64,000 bases of DNA from Macrostomum hystrix (Eukaryota; Animalia; Platyhelminthes): positions 9,424,001 to 9,488,000 of the forward strand of contig CATNEN010000003.1 of NCBI GenBank assembly GCA_950097015.1. Direction: 5' to 3'. Below, one piece after another: positions 49,083-63,800 of this stretch (position 1 is its first letter; every line of letters begins with the position of its first letter). A program made the position numbers and the translations under genes. The notes beneath the pieces were generated by a model. That model did no database searches. It saw only the letters and a list, made by a program, of their open reading frames with translations, and was not told the origin of the DNA.

Positions 49083-52000
49083 ATGGAGTCTCAGCAGCAG
49101 CAGCTGCAGCAGCAGCAGCCAGAGCCACAGGAGGAAGAAAACCGGGGCTTAGTTAGCGACCAGCTGGTGAGCCGTTGCTGCCCCAGTGATGGCTGCAGCT
49201 CAGTGGGTGATTGCTGCTGCTGCCGTTGCCTCACAGCCAAGACCAGAGTTGTCATTATCGGTTCAACCTGGGGCCTCCTTACTGGAGTTGAGCGGGCAAT
49301 CATTCTGCCTACTCTCTGGCTGTACTTTTACAACAAATTTGACATGTCTGCGGCGGTGCAGTTCTACGGAGCCACGCTCGCCGCATTCAACATATCCGCG
49401 CTGTTCTGTACACCGCTGTTCGGATGGCTGTCACAGAAAAATTTCGTTCGTGTCAAGTTTCTCCTAATAGCGGCTAATCAACTGGAGATAGCAGGCAATC
49501 TGCTGTACTTTGTCGCTCCGCAGCCGTGGCTCATCTTTCTAGGAAGATTCGTGGCCGGAGCCGGGGCTGGCGCTGAGCCGCCACTATACGCTGACGTTGT
49601 GCGAGTGACGTCTAAGAAGGAGCGCACCAGCGTCATTGTCTATCTGCTCCTGGCGCGGCAGTTTGGCCTAATTGCTGGTGAGGATGAAGGCGTTGCGAAT
49701 TAGTATAGTTGACTAGCTTTCTAAACCCCTTTTATGGGCAAATACTAAAAATTAAACTACCAAGCTTAATTACGTAGGGAGAAAAACGAATTAAAATTTT
49801 AGTATGCTGAACCTCTTCTGGTTCGTTAACCTAAACTGTTCAAAAGTTAAATATTATATTTTAAATATATTAATCGTACGAAATTGGAGAAATCGAAAAT
49901 TTTCCGACAAAAAGTAACACATAAGCAAGAAGCCAGGCGCTACGTCTAGCAACAGGCTGTACCACGCAGTGTACAAACTGAACTGAACTATTTGCAAGAA
50001 AAATAATCCCTTATCTTATGAGACAAGGCTATACTAAAATCTTCAAGCAGACGCACAGGGCTTGTCTTTAGAAACACCGAAGTGTAACATTTATCTATCC
50101 GCCAAATCTAACATTTTGAGATTTTTTTACCGCAAGCAAACCAGTTCTAGATTCGATACGAATTTATTGTTTTAATTTAATCAAAACGCAATGAAAAGTC
50201 TAGCCTGCTATAACAAAACTGTAAGTCTAGCAATACAAGTAGCTTGTATTGTTGGCTGTAAACTTGTCCCATCGTAAAATGTCGTTTTGCCTTGCGAAGG
50301 AAATCGGCAATTATTTTCCCAGCGCACTTTCTGCCTAGCGTTCAACCAACAGCCACCAATATTTGCAACCAATCAGTCACAGTCGAATTAAGAGGGCCTG
50401 AATGAATTTCTCTTGATCGCTTCAGATTTTGCAGCGCCCCTGTGTCCCCTGAGGTTAACATTCTAGTTTCGTGCATCGACTGTGGGGTCGCAGCAATGTC
50501 CCTGGCTGCGACCTGATGGCAATCAATAGTTAAATATTTTATTCGAGCCATAATCAGCTTTTCGCAAATGAAACGGAAATTTAGGGCGCCCGATTCTTGC
50601 TTTCTTATTCTCCTGACATGCTTTGATTTGGAATGAAGTTGAAATTTTTAGGCAGATTTTCCCGCACTTGAGTTTCGACAGGAAATTTTATGCCAGGCAT
50701 TTTCAACTGCTTCCGTTGGAATGCCTGCCTCAAGAACTCTGATTCTGCTTGCACACTGCACTCAGTCCTTATACTGCACTGGCGACAGAGAAAATATCGA
50801 TTAGTTAGTTCTTGGGAAGTTCTGGCGAACTAAATATTTCCGAGAATTTCTCGGCCCATTGAGCTCCGTGAGCATTTTGTGCTGCAATTCTTTTGTTCAC
50901 AGATAGCTCAATAAAACACTGAGAAGTTTCCCCTCCTCTCTCAGGTTTCTGCTCCTGCAGAGGACTCAATCTGTGCCTACAAGCCAGTCTTAAAGATCGC
51001 GAAATTGGCCGCATTCGCGCCGCTATATTGCAACGCCCACTCGATTTTTTCTTTCATACTCAATCAATGAGTGGACTCAATATGGCTCAGGTATGAGGTG
51101 GTCACACAACTGGCCTAGAAGACACTCATGCAACTGCCCGGCACCCCAACTATACCCGGCGTGCGCTATGGCAACAAGTGCTGTCGCTTTGTTCCTATAG
51201 CTTTTAATCCCCATACGTATGCTGTCTCCCCGCAAAACCACCCCCATACCTTCATAGATCCCAACTCTGATAAACCTGAGCAACTATTATAATATTCCCA
51301 ACCCAAAATCTGAATACCAATTTTCCTAAAAATAGAAGCGGCGGGAATTGAATGGGGTGGCTTATTGATTATGGGGCTGGCTAATTGATTATGGGGCTGG
51401 CTAATTGCATTTCAGATATGGAATCGTTCTGAGTCTGCATCACATATTGTCTTGCAATATTCTGTGGTCTGTATTTAAAACAAATACATATATACATATA
51501 TATAGATAGATATATATAATATACATATGGTCTAATCTTAAACAATTTATGTCTTCTGTTCTAATGCATCAATTTAGGCTTTCTTACATTTACCACTTAC
51601 TTTCTGTCTCTATCTACCCCCAATCTCCCTCTGACCAACCCACTCTCCCTCTGACCAACCACACTCTCCCTCTGACCACCCCCACTCTTCCTCTGACCAA
51701 CCCCACTCTTCCTCTGACCAACCACACTCCCCCTCTGACCACCCCCACTCCCCCTCTGACCACCCCAATCTCCCTCTGACCACCCCAATCTCCCTCTGAC
51801 CACCCCCACTCTCCCTCTGACCACCCCACTCTTCCTCTGACCAACCCCACTCTTCCTCTGACCAACCCCACTCTTCCTCTGACCAACCACACTCCCCCTC
51901 TGACCACCCCCACTCCCCCTCTGACCACCCCAATTTCCCTCTGACCACCCCAATCTCCCTCTGACCACCCCCACTCTCCCTCTGACCACCCCACTCTCCC

Positions 52001-55000
52001 TCTGACCAACCACTCTCCCTCTGACCACCCCACTCTCCCTCTGACCACCCCACTCTCCCTCTGAACCCCCCCACTCTCCCTCTGACCAACCACTCTCCCT
52101 CTGACCAACCACTCTCCCTCTGACCACCCCACTCTCCCTCTGACCACCCCCACTCCCCCTCTGACCACCCCAATCTCCCTCTGACCACCCCAATCTCCCT
52201 CTGACCACCCCCACTCTCCCTCTGACCACCCCACTCTTCCTCTGACCAACCCCACTCTTCCTCTGACCAACCCCACTCTTCCTCTGACCAACCACACTCC
52301 CCCTCTGACCACCCCCACTCACCCTCTGACCACCCCAATTTCCCTCTGACCAACCACTCTCCCTCTGATCAACCACTCTCCCTCTGACCAACCACTCTCC
52401 CTCTGACCAACCACTCTCCCTCTGACCAACCACTCTCCCTCTGACCAACCACTCTCCCTCTGACCAACCACTCTCCCTCTGACCAACCACTCTCCCTCTG
52501 ACCACCCCCACTCTCCCTCTGAGCACCCCCAATCTCCCTCAGACCACCCCACTCTCCCTCTGACCACCCCAATCTCCCTCTGACCACCCCCACTCTCCCT
52601 CTGACCACCCCACTCTCCCTCTGACCAACCACTCTCCCTCTGACCACCCCACTCTCCCTCTGACCACCCCACTCTCCCTCTGACCCCCCCCCACTCTCCC
52701 TCTGACCAACCACTCTCCCTCTGACCAACCACTCTCCCTCTGACCACCCCACTCTCCCTCTGACCACCCCCACTCCCCCTCTGACCACCCCAATCTCCCT
52801 CTGACCACCCCAATCTCCCTCTGACCACCCCCACTCTCCCTCTGACCACCCCACTCTTCCTCTGACCAACCCCACTCTTCCTCTGACCAACCCCACTCTT
52901 CCTCTGACCAACCACACTCCCCCTCTGACCACCCCCACTCCCCCTCTGACCACCCCAATTTCCCTCTGACCAACCACTCTCCCTCTGACCAACCACTCTC
53001 CTTCTGACCAACCACTCTCCCTCTGACCAACCACTCTCCCTCTGACCAACCACTCTCCCTCTGACCAACCACTCTCCCTCTGACCAACCACTCTCCCTCT
53101 GACCACCCCCACTCTCCCTCTGAGCACCCCCAATCTCCCTCAGACCACCCCACTCTCCCTCTGACCAACCACTCTCCCTTCTGACCAACCACTTCCTCTG
53201 ACCAACCACTCGTCCTCTGACCAACCCCACTCTTCCTCTGACCAACCACACTCCCCCTCTGACCACCCCCACTCCCCCTCTGACCACCCCAATCTCCCTC
53301 TGACCACCCCAATCTCCCTCTGACCACCCCCACTCTCCCTCTGACCACCCCACTCTCCCTCTGACCAACCCACTCTCCCTCTGACCAACCCCACTCTTCC
53401 TCTGACCAACCCCACTCTTCCTCTGACCAACCCCACTCTTCCTCTGACCAACCACACTCCCCCTCTGACCACCCCCACTCCCCCTCTGACCACCCCAATT
53501 TCCCTCTGACCACCCCAATCTCCCTCTGACCACCCCCACTCTCCCTCTGACCACCCCACTCTCCCTCTGACCAACCACTCTCCCTCTGACCACCCCACTC
53601 TCCCTCTGACCACCCCACTCTCCCTCTGACCACCCCCACTCTCCCTCTGACCAACCACTCTCCCTCTGACCAACCACTCTCCCTCTGACCAACCACTCTC
53701 CCTCTGACCAACCACTCTCCCTCTGACCAACCACTCTCCCTCTGACCAACCACTCTCCCTCTGACCAACCACTCTCCCTCTGACCAACCACTCTCCCTCT
53801 GACCAACCACTCTCCCTCTGACCAACCACTCTCCCTCTGACCAACCACTCTCCCTCTGACCAACCACTCTCCCTCTGACCACCCCCACTCTCCCTCTGAG
53901 CACCCCCAATCTCCCTCAGACCACCCCACTCTCCCTCTGACCAACCACTCTCCCTTCTGACCAACCACTTCCTCTGACCAACCACTCGTCCTCTGACCAA
54001 CCACTTCCTCTGACCAACCCCACTCTTCCTCTGACCAACAAATCGTCCTCTGACCAAACACTCGTCCTCTGACCAACCACTCTTCCTCTGACCAACCACT
54101 CGTCCTCTGCCCAACCACTCGTCCTCTGACCAACCACTCGTCCTCTGACCAACCACTCTCCCTCTGACCAACCACTCGTCTTCTGACCAACCACTAGTAC
54201 TCTGACCAACCACTCTCCCTCTGACCAACCACTCTCCCTCTGACCAACCACTCTCCCTCTGACCAACCACACTCCCTCTGACCAAACACTCGTCCTCTGA
54301 CCAACCACTCTCCCTCTGACCAACCACTCTCCCTCTGACCAACCACTCTCCCTCTGACCACCCCCACTCTCCCTCTGAGCACCCCCAATCTCCCTCAGAC
54401 CACCCCACTCTCCCTCTGACCACCCCAATCTCCCTCTGACCACCCCCACTCTCCCTCTGACCACCCCACTCTCCCTCTGACCAACCACTCTCCCTCTGAC
54501 CACCCCACTCTCCCTCTGACCACCCCACTCTCCCTCTGACCCCCCCCCACTCTCCCTCTGACCAACCACTCTCCCTCTGACCAACCACTCTCCCTCTGAC
54601 CACCCCACTCTCCCTCTGACCACCCCCACTCCCCCTCTGACCACCCCAATCTCCCTCTGACCACCCCAATCTCCCTCTGACCACCCCCACTCTCCCTCTG
54701 ACCACCCCACTCTTCCTCTGACCAACCCCACTCTTCCTCTGACCAACCCCACTCTTCCTCTGACCAACCACACTCCCCCTCTGACCACCCCCACTCCCCC
54801 TCTGACCACCCCAATTTCCCTCTGACCAACCACTCTCCCTCTGACCAACCACTCTCCTTCTGACCAACCACTCTCCCTCTGACCAACCACTCTCCCTCTG
54901 ACCAACCACTCTCCCTCTGACCAACCACTCTCCCTCTGACCAACCACTCTCCCTCTGACCACCCCCACTCTCCCTCTGAGCACCCCCAATCTCCCTCAGA

Positions 55001-58000
55001 CCACCCCACTCTCCCTCTGACCAACCACTCTCCCTTCTGACCAACCACTTCCTCTGACCAACCACTCGTCCTCTGACCAACCCCACTCTTCCTCTGACCA
55101 ACCACACTCCCCCTCTGACCACCCCCACTCCCCCTCTGACCACCCCAATCTCCCTCTGACCACCCCAATCTCCCTCTGACCACCCCCACTCTCCCTCTGA
55201 CCACCCCACTCTCCCTCTGACCAACCCACTCTCCCTCTGACCAACCCCACTCTTCCTCTGACCAACCCCACTCTTCCTCTGACCAACCCCACTCTTCCTC
55301 TGACCAACCACACTCCCCCTCTGACCACCCCCACTCCCCCTCTGACCACCCCAATTTCCCTCTGACCACCCCAATCTCCCTCTGACCACCCCCACTCTCC
55401 CTCTGACCACCCCACTCTCCCTCTGACCAACCACTCTCCCTCTGACCACCCCACTCTCCCTCTGACCACCCCACTCTCCCTCTGACCACCCCCACTCTCC
55501 CTCTGACCAACCACTCTCCCTCTGACCAACCACTCTCCCTCTGACCAACCACTCTCCCTCTGACCAACCACTCTCCCTCTGACCAACCACTCTCCCTCTG
55601 ACCAACCACTCTCCCTCTGACCAACCACTCTCCCTCTGACCAACCACTCTCCCTCTGACCAACCACTCTCCCTCTGACCAACCACTCTCCCTCTGACCAA
55701 CCACTCTCCCTCTGACCAACCACTCTCCCTCTGACCACCCCCACTCTCCCTCTGAGCACCCCCAATCTCCCTCAGACCACCCCACTCTCCCTCTGACCAA
55801 CCACTCTCCCTTCTGACCAACCACTTCCTCTGACCAACCACTCGTCCTCTGACCAACCACTTCCTCTGACCAACCCCACTCTTCCTCTGACCAACAAATC
55901 GTCCTCTGACCAAACACTCGTCCTCTGACCAACCACTCTTCCTCTGACCAACCACTCGTCCTCTGCCCAACCACTCGTCCTCTGACCAACCACTCGTCCT
56001 CTGACCAACCACTCGTCCTCTGACCAACCACTCGTCCTCTGACCAACCACTAGTACTCTGACCAACCACTCTCCCTCTGACCAACCACTCGTCTTCTGAC
56101 CAACCACTAGTACTCTGACCAACCACACTCCCTCTGACCAAACACTCGTCCTCTGACCAAACACTCTCCCTCTGACCAACCACTCGTCTTCTGACCAACC
56201 ACTCTCCCTCTGACAGTCAAAGCTATCTGTCTCCTTAAACTACTCAAATCTTCCTCGGACTACTCGAATCCCATTTTGAGTACAACACTCTTCCATTTTT
56301 TTCGTAGCGAAGACACCAAAAAGAAGATATTTATTCTATAACATGCACACGAAAGCTTCACAATGAATCATTTGCTCGGACTGTAAGTGGCTTAATTTGA
56401 ATCGCCCTCGAACTTGTCTCAGGACCGGCCCTGACCCTGCTGATGCACCCTCTTCGCTACAAGGTGGACCAATTCGTTATCGACGTCTACAATTCGCCCG
56501 GCCTCTTCATGGCCCTTCTATGGGCCATTCACACCATAGCCATCATCGTCGTCTACCCGAACATCAGCCACAGTCGATTCGTCAACGAGGGCGAAGAAAT
56601 CGCCGCCGAATCAACAGATACCAGCCAGAAGCCGTCGAGGAGTGCGTCCTACGACGCGCTGCACAAAACTGGGCCGCCGCAGGCCGCTGAAAGCGAACAG
56701 CCGCAGGCGGAGGAGCAGCAGCAGACCTGCCTGAGCCTGGAGAAGTTCAAGCTCTATTTCAAAGTGGACACATTCGCCATGCTATTTGTCACCTTTGCCA
56801 GCTATTTCAATCTGATGGCCTTGGAGGCGGTGCTGCCGCCTGCCGCGAACCGCTACTTCGGCTGGGACGAGTTCAACACCAGTTTGGTGAGTTTACGTTG
56901 TCTTGCGAAACAGTTTAAGCCTCACAAACACTAAGAAATAAAGCCAAGAGTTTTTGTTTTCTTTGATACAAAACTTCGGGAAAAAAATCGGGAAGTGAAA
57001 TTCTGCAAAACTAAGCCTCCGAAAAGTAATTATCGGGAAATGAAATTGCGAGAAAAAATAATGCGCAGAACGAAGCTAAGGTGAATAGAATTTCGTGAAA
57101 AAAAATTTTTGGGAAATGAAATTTTCAAGAAATGAAGTTTCCAATAAATGAAATTTCCGAGAAATGAAATTTTCAGGAAATGAAATTTCCGAGAAGTGCT
57201 AGAAAAATATTGTGCAGTAAGAAACTAGGGGAAAAATTGGAGAAATGAAATTTCTGGAAATGAAATTGCGAGAAATAATATTGCGGAAAACTTTAGGATA
57301 TTAAATTAGTTTGTTGAAATAAGTTATTTTTGTTAAAACTGAACTTAACTTTGTTCGGAAAGAAAATTATTTTAAAGATAAGATTTTTCGGAAAATTATT
57401 ACGCTCTAGTGCATGACCTATAGAGTTTTGATGTTCTGTAGTTATTGTTTAGCTGATCGCATCTGACACCTTACAATATCAAACCTGCACCAGGTGTACC
57501 TTGGCGCCGGAATCCTAGTGATATTCGTCTACCTGGTTGTTAGATACCTCACAACAAAGTACGAAGATCGTCTGCTCCTTCTAGTTGGCATCTGCATCCT
57601 CATCGGGGCGTATTTCTGGAACTTCATGGCGCTGTTGTTTGTCGACCGGGCCCAGCCAACGCTCTACATCACCCTGGTGCTGCTGGGCATCACTGGTCAC
57701 GTGATCGGCATGCCGTTCAACTTCGCCCTGTCGGAGAGTCTGTACACCAAGAGCCTGCCGGTGGGAGAGATGGACATCGCTCAGGGACTGTTCCGCAGTG
57801 TCATCGCCCTGTCAATCCTGATCGGCCCACTGATTGGTGGCTCGCTCCAGTTCGTACCCTGGCTGGTGTTTCTCACCATGCTCGTGCTCACAATGTTCTC
57901 ACTGCTGCTGGCTCTCAGGGCCTACCGGAGTCTAGACTATCCTAGCGAGGCCGATGATGCTCATGATGAGCAGGGGCAGAGTAGTGAGCAGGCAGCTCAG

Positions 58001-58015
58001 GAGTCGAACAGCTGA
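49083..58015 (+). CDS. Major facilitator superfamily transporter, MFSD8/CLN7-like, 3 exons, 526 aa
   Basis: Exons 49083-49677, 56423-56886, 57494-58015 (1581 nt). IILPTLWLY, PLFGWLS, GNLLYF, GRFVAGAGAG, ERT...QFGLIAGPA, YNSPGLFMA, ESLYTK, ILIGPLIGG; about 12 hydrophobic segments. Confidence 0.9.
51615..56213. repeat. 4.6-kb C-rich 19-21-bp minisatellite in MFS intron 1 with a 1856-bp higher-order duplication
   Basis: Unit CTCTGACCAACCACTCTCC and variants. Identical ORFs 52539-53909 and 54395-55765 give the offset. Confidence 0.97.
56980..57295. repeat. Degenerate GAAATGAAATTT repeat in MFS intron 2
   Basis: Recurrent GAAATGAAATTTCC/TTGCG motifs. Confidence 0.6.
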
Positions 58016-58939
58016 CCTTGTTATAAGTTTTGATGTTTTACAATAGATTATTTATTTTTATATATAATCGGCGGTGTCGGAATAATCATCATAAAAATCC
58101 ATGGCCTATTGACTTGTTGGTCCGAGGAGTTCATTGGCTCAGCAACAGCAGCTCCGCACCCTTGATCCCTAAACAAACAATTATAGTGCCCATAAGACGC
58201 TTTATTTTTAGTCTGTGGGTATGGTGTCTTCACAGTCCATGGACTGGAAAGAGCTGTACACCACCTTTCGAATTAATGCCGCGCAATAGCTTTACGTCTG
58301 GGTTACGTTATCTCTATATTAACGATTTCTAGAATTAGAATTTCTAACGATTTTCCTAGAATTAGCTACTTTTAGACTGCTATAACTTTGGTTTAATATC
58401 GGAAACCACTTGGTTCTGATATCGGCTTAAACATTTTCTAATCTGTTGTATATTTTAAACAAATCGATATTATCAACTCATATTTGTGGGCGTAAAAAAG
58501 TTTTAAGTCCACTAGCTGCAACCCCCTAACAATTTATATTGATGTTGTTGGACAAATCTATTATAAGTCGATTGGTTCTTGATCGTTTAAAATCCCAATT
58601 AGCAGCACCTTCTGAATGTTTTTGCACAAGGTCCCAAGAATAGTTAAATTTTGTTACAATGCATACTAAGATATAAAAATGACCTACAAAATGTCTAAAT
58701 TTTCTTTCCATAGCAGTGTGATCACTAGTAGTATGAATCTATTCTGAAGAACTAGAATTGTACTTTCCTAATTTCGTCACATAATAGATTGTAAAACGTA
58801 AAAAGTACGCTTTCAAATATACGAGTACAAGCTATATATGTCACCTCATTTTTAGTTGATGACCAGATTTTGTCAATTATTGTGGCCCTTAAGGGAAAGA
58901 AAGAAAGGATGGAGGTTGGCGGATGTACATGTTAAGTGA

Positions 58940-60060
58940 TAGAAAGGACGGTGGGAGGTGGGCGCGCTAGCAAAGAGAGAAAGAACGGACGGAGGGAGGT
59001 GGGCACGCTAGCAAAGAGAGAAAGAACAGACGGAGGGAGGTGGGCATGCTAGCAAAGAGAGAAAGAACGGACGGAGGGAGGTGGGCGCGCTAGCAGAGTG
59101 AAAAAAGGAGGGAGGTGGGCACGCTAGCAGAGAGAGAGAACGGACGGAGGGAGGTGGGCACGCTAGCAAAGAGAGAAAGAACAGACGGAGGGAGGTGGGC
59201 ATGCTAGCAAAGAGAGAAAGAACGGACGGAGGGAGGTGGGCGCGCTAGCAGAGTGAAAAAAGGAGGGAGGTGGGCACGCTAGCAAAGAGAGAAAGAACAG
59301 ACGGAGGGAGGTGGGCATGCTAGCAAAGAGAGAAAGAACGGACGGAGGGAGGTGGGCGCGCCAGCGGAGTGAAAAAAAACGGAGGGAGGGAGGTGGGCGC
59401 GCCAGCAGAGTGAAAAAAGGAGGGAGGTGGGCACGCTAGCAAAGAGAGAAAGAACAGACGGAGGGAGGTGGGCATGCTAGCAAAGAGAGAAAGAACGGAC
59501 GGAGGGAGGTGGGCGCGCTAGCAGAGTGAAAAAAGGAGGGAGGTGGGCACGCTAGCAGAGAGAGAGAACGGACGGAGGGAGGTGGGCACGCTAGCAAAGA
59601 GAGAAAGAACAGACGGAGGGAGGTGGGCATGCTAGCAAAGAGAGAAAGAACGGACGGAGGGAGGTGGGCGCGCTAGCAGAGTGAAAAAAGGAGGGAGGTG
59701 GGCACGCTAGCAAAGAGAGAAAGAACAGACGGAGGGAGGTGGGCATGCTAGCAAAGAGAGAAAGAACGGACGGAGGGAGGTGGGCGCGCCAGCGGAGTGA
59801 AAAAAAACGGAGGGAGGGAGGTGGGCGCGCCAGCAGAGTGAAAAAAGGAGGGAGGTGGGCACGCTAGCAAAGAGAGAAAGAACAGACGGAGGGAGGTGGG
59901 CATGCTAGCAAAGAAAGAAAGAACGGACGGAGGGAGGTGGGCGCGCCAGCGGAGTGAAAAAAAACGGACGGAGGGAGGTGGGCACGCCAGCAGAGAAATA
60001 AAGGGCGGAGGGAGGTGTGCCTGTTAAGTGATTAAAATGACGGAGGAAGGGAGGTGGGTG
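58940..60060. repeat. ~41-bp purine-rich minisatellite with 428-bp higher-order repeat
   Basis: Unit GGAGGGAGGTGGGCACGCTAGCAAAGAGAGAAAGAACGGAC; identical ORFs at 59008 and 59436. Confidence 0.94.
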
Positions 60061-60550
60061 CCCAGCTCAGTGTTAAGAAGGGACGGATGTGCCACGGTTA
60101 TAGATACAGGAAATAAAGGAAAGAATCATGAAATAATGCAGAATATTTAGCAAAGTGATTCAGTCCAAAATTTAAAAAAATCAACTGTTTAGTAAACTTT
60201 ATTGTTTATAGATATAAAAGGAGGCAGAGCAACCGTAACAAAAACATTGTAGTTTAAGCAATAAATGTCAGCTGCATCGGCCGACCCTGAAACTGAACTA
60301 ACAGGTAATTTTTTGTGAAAATAGTAAACATACAAATAGCTTTATTGTTTAGGAAGTGAAAAAGAGATAAGTTCTTGATTATTTACAGACAGAATACAAC
60401 GAGTAGGTGTAGTTAGGGGATTTATAATTATAGAAACATCTGCTCCGATTAGAAATAAAATGTTAATACTTTATAGAGAGAATTACTGAGCGAAATGTTG
60501 GGCTTACAAATTTTACGAAAAATGCATTTATTATATGTGAGTTTATGGGT

Positions 60551-60636
60551 GTCCATGGACTGAACAGCCGTACGCAGCCTTTAGATGCGCCGAGCAACAG
60601 CTGCGGCTGTGCTGTCGTATTGGATGTAATCAATTA
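60551..60636 (+). mobile_element. SINE family B 3' tail fragment
   Basis: GTCCATGGACTGAACAGCCGTACGCAGCCTTTAGATGCGCCG...TGTAATCAATTA matches the 3' part of 31276-31579. Weaker relatives lie at ~3893-3942 and ~58233-58290. Confidence 0.75.
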
Positions 60637-60818
60637 AATTTCTGGGTGTTAACAGGTGTGATTAATTATTTATTTTCAATCGATGCTTCTAGGTAAAAAG
60701 CGGGAGTAGCTGTAACCTTATTTAACATAGACAATGCTTCGTCATCTAATAATGTTTTAACAAACAATTATGTACTGAAGGAATGCCACAGCAAAATGTA
60801 AGTCAGAACATCATGCGG

Positions 60819-63800
60819 TTACTTGAAGGTCGCGGCGTGCTCGGGAAACAGATTTCCAGATGCGTCATCGTAGGCCTCTGATAGCAATAATTGGCTGCGT
60901 CTAAGCAGTCGCCTGCGTAGCAACCTTCTTCGCACAAAGACTAGGCCGGATCCAAGCATGGTAATGGCCAAGGTCACTGAGCCAGCAACTAGCAGCCCCA
61001 GCCTAAGCAAATAGTTGGAGTCGCCAGTGTCAGTCCCGGAATCGCAAGACGGCGGAGTGATTAGGGAGGAGTCGGCAGCCAGGTCCAACAGTGTCGATCG
61101 GGAGAAAGCGCCCCTTATAACAGCCCCGCTATCCTCATTCTTAGAATACTGGATGAGGACGCGAGTTCGTATCTCGTAGCTCAACAGCGCGGGCGGGCAG
61201 GCCGGAACGCAGGCCTTAAAGACTACCTCGGAGGTGTTGAGCATGCCAGGATTGTTGACACCTGCTGTGTATCGATGCCAGAGCTCGCCAACCGAACTAG
61301 TACCGGCTGCTGCTGCTGCTGCTGACTGATGTACTTTTCCGTAGATTTCATACTGCAAGTTAAATTATATTAGCCATTATCATCTCATCCTTGAGAATGA
61401 GTAAGCCTTAATAATCCCACCCGGTAGAAGGAGCCTTAATAGTCTTATCTTTGAGAATAATAATGACTAGCCTTAATAATGTCATCATTGAGAATGAGCA
61501 GCCTCAGCTTAAGACTTATGGATTAGTAACTAACACCGAGGAGGGGCATTGGGGAGGGGTGAGTGGCAGAGCGAAGAACGTGTTTGCCTCTCGCACCAAG
61601 GTCCCTGGGCTCGATTCCGCGGCGAAGCCACATTCAAGAGAGAAGGCTTGGGGGCTTGTCGTGCAATTTACGCCCTTATGGGCCAACCTCCAAGGCATAA
61701 TGAGAGTGTACACTGCCTGACGATGAGAAAGTCAGGGCAGATGTACACACCTGTGTGAGAACGGTATGTGTGTGCTTGTGTGCTCAGTAGTCAGCGGGTC
61801 TAGTGTCACTAAACGATGTGCCTGGAGTCCTCCTGCTATTCTTATTAATTAGATAAGAATCCGATAATTTCTTATTATCGAACACCCCGAAAAGACGCAC
61901 CTGTATCTGAATATCTGTAGATGGTTTCTCGCCAATCAGGTGAGCAGTCAGTGGCAGATCTGGCACCCAGCGAACTCTAACAGAAATTTGGCAGCCTTCC
62001 TTGCTAGCTGGTGTGGCGCCGCTGCTGCTGCTGCCGCCGTGGAGACAGCTACCAGCTGTTGGCGACGACGGTGTCAATTGAGCCAGTAGATTTCGAATGC
62101 CAACAAATGAGTCTGGTTGGGTAGGAGATTGTGACTTTGATTGTGAAAATCGAATAATTATTCATTGCTAACAATCTCATTTTGATATTGCAAAGCAGTA
62201 TGATTGAGTATTTAAAAATATTGGGACGTGAAACTTGCCGAGTTTGATAATCCGGAATTTGGATTATCGGATCCAACATCTAGATTTAGTGTAGTAGGAT
62301 TTGGATTTTAGGATTTATTTTTGGATTTGGTATCTGGATTATCGGATTTGGTATTTGGATTATCGGATTTAGTATCTGGATTATCGGAATTGGTATCTGG
62401 ATCATCGGATTTGGTATCTGGATTATCGGATTTGGAATTTGGATTAACGGATTCAGTATTTGGATTATCGGATTTAGAATCTGGATTATCGGATTTGGAA
62501 TTTGGATTAACGGATTCAGTATTTGGATTATCAGATTTGGTATTTGGATTATCGGATTTAGTATTTAGATTATCGGATTTGGTATTTGGATTATCGGATT
62601 TAGAATCTGGATTATCGGATTTGGTATCTGGATTATCGGATTAACTAACTGGATTATCGGATTAATTACATGGATTATCGGATTTAGTATTTGGATTATC
62701 GGATTTGGTATTTGGATTATCGGATTTAGAATCTGGATTATCGGATTTGGTATCTGGATTATCGGATTTGGTATTTGGATTATCGGATTTGGTATCTGGA
62801 TTATCGGATTTGGTATTTGGATTATCGGATTTGGTATCTGGATTATGGATTTGGTATCTGGATTATCGGATTTGGTATCTGGATTATCGGATTTGGTATC
62901 TGGATTATCGGATTAATTAACTGGATTATCGGATTTAGTATCTGGATTATCGGATTTGGTATCTGGATTATCGGATTTGGTATCTGGATTATCGGATTTG
63001 GTATTTGGATTATCGGATTTGGTATCTGGATTATCGGATTTGGTATCTGGATTATCGGATTTGGTATCTGGGATTTGTGGCATTTCAAGTCAAGAAAATA
63101 CCTACCAGTTTTCAGAACGACTGGCACAGAGCTCTGGCCGCCCACAGAATTAGTCAGCACCATCAGACGGTACAATGTTCCAGATTCCAGTTCATCAACC
63201 AGCTGGGAAATCACAGAATCAGCTGTAGCATCAATGTAGAATTCTCTTGTCTCTTCAGTGAACATGTTAGTCACTTTCAGTACGTAGGCCTGTGAAATAA
63301 CAAATAACCAAACAGTGCACGTTGAAATATTGGAATTCGAGTAAAACAAGCTAAAAGGTTACATAAAACTCACAACAGGAGTGAAGACGATAACACATGG
63401 CGCATTCCATGTAATAAGAGCCATCGTGTTATTGCCATCATAGGGATAAGTGTACCGAACATTCTTTGGCGGCGAAGTCGAACCTTTGAGTGAGTAAACG
63501 GCGGGAGTAACAATGTCTGTGAAAAACTAAAAAAGGACTCGTCAGATAATTAGTAAATGTTGCTTATTTGAGCACTCACTGAGTCCCGTAGCCTGCAAGT
63601 AGATTGGCGAGGCAGGACCATAGCCAGCGCTGTCGGTAACTTGCACGCGCATCGCGTACAATGAGCAGCCTTGCAGATGGTCCAAGCGAATCCTGCGAAT
63701 TGTGTTGTAAAAATGTCGGTATTTCTACTTAAAGTAGGATGTCAGCTTTATGTTTTCATGTTTTCAAAAGGAGCTAATAAAAGTTACCAAAAGCATCATG

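Noticed and set aside
51597-56198. Minus-strand ORFs up to 968 aa rich in G/W/R/E
   Set aside because: They arise from a stop-poor minisatellite open in all three frames inside an MFS intron.
61705-61750. Hammerhead ribozyme core (CTGACGA...GAAA) in SINE family A
   Set aside because: Only 3 nt separate CTGACGA from GAAA, so stem II cannot form; the other copy lacks GAAA. A simple hairpin explains it.
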